A DNA stretch of 64,000 bases, from the NCBI GenBank assembly GCA_048772705.1, contig JBLWGC010000217.1, positions 26,455 to 90,454 on the forward strand, written 5' to 3'. Positions 61,106-64,000 of the stretch are shown here, one piece after another (the first letter of the stretch is position 1; each line of letters starts with the position of its first letter). Under the pieces are notes generated by a model, which was given only the letters and a program-made list of their open reading frames with translations, ran no database searches and was not told where the DNA came from. Origin of the DNA: Leidyana gryllorum EB-2025a. Lineage: Eukaryota > Protista > Apicomplexa. A program made the translations under genes and the position numbers.

Positions 61106-64000
61106 CACAGTTGATCTCGCTTAAGATTGTCTTTTTTGGTGCCCGCTGAAAGTTGCGAGCTACAGCCACCGAGGATCGAGCTCGGGACCTTCTGCGTGTT
61201 AAGCAGACGTCGTATCCACTAGACCATGGCTGCATGGATGGTCCCCGCAGCCCAAGAGACGTGGCGAAGCTTCAGGGAGTAGTGAGGACCAGTTCAAGGG
61301 TCGCGCCGGGATCGAACCCAGGTCGGAGAATCCAAAGTGTCGAGTGCTAACCACCAAGGACGCAACCGGTTCAGCCCATCCCAGAAGAGTCGGACTAGCG
61401 CTTCCTCAACTGGACACATGCAACACGGGTCTTGTATACAGACCCCAGCGTAAAGAGTTGGATTCGAGTCGGGCAAAAACCTCAGTTCAATCATTCAACC
61501 AGTTGCGCTCTCCCCGAATGCTACCGACAAGGGTGAGATTCGAACTCACGCGGGTGGAACCCAACGGCTTAGCAGGCCGCCGCCTTAACCACTCGGCCAC
61601 CTTGCCGACGACATCTCTTACTCGCTGGCACTTTTTCACAACGGTTTGGGGTCCTAGTCAAGCTTGCCGAACCGTATGTGACATCACTGGCCGCAAAATG
61701 CCAAGTTCGACAGGTGGCAACTTGCCCGAGTGGTTAAGAGGGTAGACTCGAAATCTACTGGGCCTGGCCCGCGCTGGTTCAAATCCAGCAGTTGTCGTGC
61801 GATGTGGTGGAAATGATGCAATTCCCAGCATCAAAAACTCATATGGGTCGAGACAGGGAATGCCTCCTTAACTTAGGGGCAGAGCATTCGCTTTGTAAGC
61901 GAAAGGTCGCTGGTTCGATTCCGGCAGGAGGCTTCAGTCATTAGCCTAAACATGGTTGCGATCATCCGCCCGCATTTTCGGACGGCGGCTTGCACACAGC
62001 ACTCCATCTTGCCGAAGTGTTACCCGTCTCCTGTCCGTGAAATCTCAAAATGCGAGGAGTTCTGGGGTTGGAGGCGGCGTGTTTACTAGCGTCCGAGATA
62101 GTATAGTGGTCAGTATTTCCGCCTGTCACGCGGAAGACCCGGGTTCGATTCCCGGTCTCGGAGCAGTTCCAGCCCTCACAACTGGTGCAACTCAGATTTT
62201 GTCTCAGCTGGTCTGGACCTTCATTCGGGATTGTACGAGTGGGAGCCGCGTATAGTAGCCGACCTTGGAGAGACGTGGCATTGAACCCAGGACTTCTTCC
62301 AGCCGAAGAAAGAATCATATAACTAGACCAAACAGCCCCCTATGGGTGCCTCAGGTACTGGCAGGTTCCAAACCTGCGACTTCGTGGCTGAGAGACTTAC
62401 CTCTGATGGCTGAGCTACGATTATTGGAGTTTGCGAGCAGCTTGCCGGTGCCCAGTCGATGCAGTCGAGCCTTCAGCCGGATTCGAACCCACGCCCTTTC
62501 GGACTGCGGCTTGAACACAGCGCCTTAGACCACTCGGCCATCTTGCCGGAGCGTTCTTGGCTCGCCACTTTACACGTTTTCTGTCCGTGAAGTCTCGAGG
62601 AGGGAGAACTTTTGGGGTTGAAGGCCGGTGTGTTTGTGAGCCACCGAGATAGTATGGTGGTTAGTATTTCCGCCTCTCACGCGGAAGACCCGGGTTCGAT
62701 TCCCGGTCTCGGAGATAGATCGTCTTCCGCTCAAGATTCCGTGATGCTTGCCTGAACGATGTGTGTTACAGCCACCGAGGATTGAACTCCGGACCTTCTG
62801 CGTTTTAAGCAGACGTCGTGACCACTAGATGGCTGCACGGAGCTTCCGGACTGCCGAAGGGGCGTGTGTCTCCGGAAACGCGTATCCGATGAGCCTGGTT
62901 CATATGTACCGGCCTAAGTTGGACAGCCTGGAGTAGTTAAGACCCTTCGTTCTGTATTCAGGAATGGAGGTGTCACGCATTTGTGGTTTAGTGGTAGACT
63001 GTGTCGTTGCCGCCTAGACGACCCAGGTTCGATTCCCACAGATGTACAGAAGATGGCAGAGGGTTGATTCAGGCACCATTCTGGGGTTTCAGACTTGAGT
63101 TGTTGTCTGCCCCTCCAATCACATCATACGACAGCTGCTGGATTCGAACCAGCGCGGGCCAGACCCAGAAGATTTCAAGTCTACCCCCTTAACCACTCGG
63201 GCACGTTGCCAACGGTCGAATTCGGCATGCCGCGAGGAGTGACCAAATGCCCCCATGTTCAGCCTGTCCTGCGGCATTGATAGGTGTCTAAACTGACCTC
63301 TCGCCTGCCAAGTCACCGCTCTACCACTTGAGATAGCCGCCCACCCGCCAAACCTGGGTGAACTTCCAATCTGAGACCGACTCACAGTTCTCTGGCGCCT
63401 CATTCGTCAGTGCAACTGTTGTGACTCGTCCACTGTAGTCTAAGTGGCTAGGATATGCGGCTCTCACCCGCACGATCCGGGTTCACGTCCTGGCAGTGGA
63501 AATCCAGCTGAGTGTGCTTGTAGGCAACAGTTCCATTCCTACTCCCAGGGAAACAGATGCACACCGCCCGCGGGGCTCGAACCCGCGACTGCAAGATTAA
63601 GAGTCTTGCGCTCTACCGACTGAGCTAGGGCGGCAAGGAAGCTTTAAACTTAGTTACACCCTATTTGCCGTTGGGTGGACAGTGGAAGTCAGTTCATGTC
63701 TCCGTGTGTATATCCCGTCGCATGCACCCAAATATTTGCCGGGATGTTGTTGGCTCGCTGCTCCACGCGTTTTCTATCCCTGGAATCTCAAGATGGAAGG
63801 ACTTTTGGGGTTTCAGGCTGGAGTGTTCGGAGCGTCCGAGATAGTATAGTGGTTAGTATTTCCGCCTGTCACGCGGAAGACCCGGGTTCGATTCCCGGTC
63901 TCGGAGCACAGTTGATCTCGCTTAAGATTGTCTTTTTTGGTGCCCGCTGAAAGTTGCGAGCTACAGCCACCGAGGATCGAACTCAGGACCTTCTGCGTGT
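61092..64000. repeat. At least 2.9-kb direct duplicate of about 15585-18496
   Basis: Constant offset 45504-45507 between matching ORFs (16761/62265, 17497/63001, 18171/63675). Confidence 0.9.
63835..63906 (+). tRNA. trnD: tRNA-Asp(GTC)
   Basis: intact consensus copy. Confidence 0.9.

Larger units (their letters stand above)
1..64000. repeat. Shuffled multi-isotype tRNA gene/pseudogene array; continues past both window edges
   Basis: Recurrent A-box (TRGCNNARYGG-like) and B-box (GGTTCGANTCC-like) motifs with cloverleaf pairing about every 150 bp on both strands; no encoded CCA; eukaryotic iMet and Ala signatures. Confidence 0.97.

Noticed and set aside
1-64000. The ORFs in the six-frame track (60-205 aa)
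   Set aside because: They overlap tRNA genes on both strands, recur only because the DNA is repeated, have inconsistent starts and stops between copies, and resemble no protein family I recognise.
1-64000. CRISPR-like repeat-spacer array
   Set aside because: Repeats are full tRNA genes of many kinds, spacers are themselves repeated, spacing is irregular and there are no cas genes.
1-64000. Bacterial, phage or organellar tRNA array
   Set aside because: No encoded CCA, eukaryotic initiator (A1:U72, A54, A60), many A34 anticodons, C1:G72 Tyr with a 37/38 intron, and an LTR insertion.
1-64000. tRNA-derived SINE family
   Set aside because: No common body or A-rich tail, no TSDs around the tRNA units, and all isotypes take part.
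1-64000. 5S rRNA, snRNA or dinoflagellate spliced-leader genes interspersed with the tRNAs
   Set aside because: I looked by eye and saw none; an Rfam scan is needed to exclude diverged copies.

Overview
The window is almost entirely a dense, scrambled array of eukaryotic nuclear (Pol III-type, no encoded CCA) tRNA genes and tRNA pseudogenes on both strands. I see no credible protein-coding gene; the ORF track is incidental read-through of tRNA repeats. By hand I count about 65-70 tRNA-derived elements in the first 10 kb (about one per 150 bp), which extrapolates to roughly 400 in the window. All 20 amino acids and 45 of the 46 standard eukaryotic anticodon classes (counting initiator Met) are represented; I did not find Gly-TCC or Sec. 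It is not a simple tandem repeat. Gene+flank modules are reshuffled, often with breakpoints inside tRNA genes, which leaves chimeric tRNAs. There are 0.8-2.9 kb direct and inverted duplications, and many 'spacers' are older decayed tRNAs. Most genes lack an adjacent oligo-T terminator. Several anticodon-switched copies occur, including damaged opal (TCA) and amber (CTA) ones. A 602-bp solo LTR with a 5-bp TSD is the only clearly foreign DNA. The host cannot be named from sequence alone (probably a protist; dinoflagellate or stramenopile is a guess). The tRNA features listed are a representative subset, and coordinates were read by hand.
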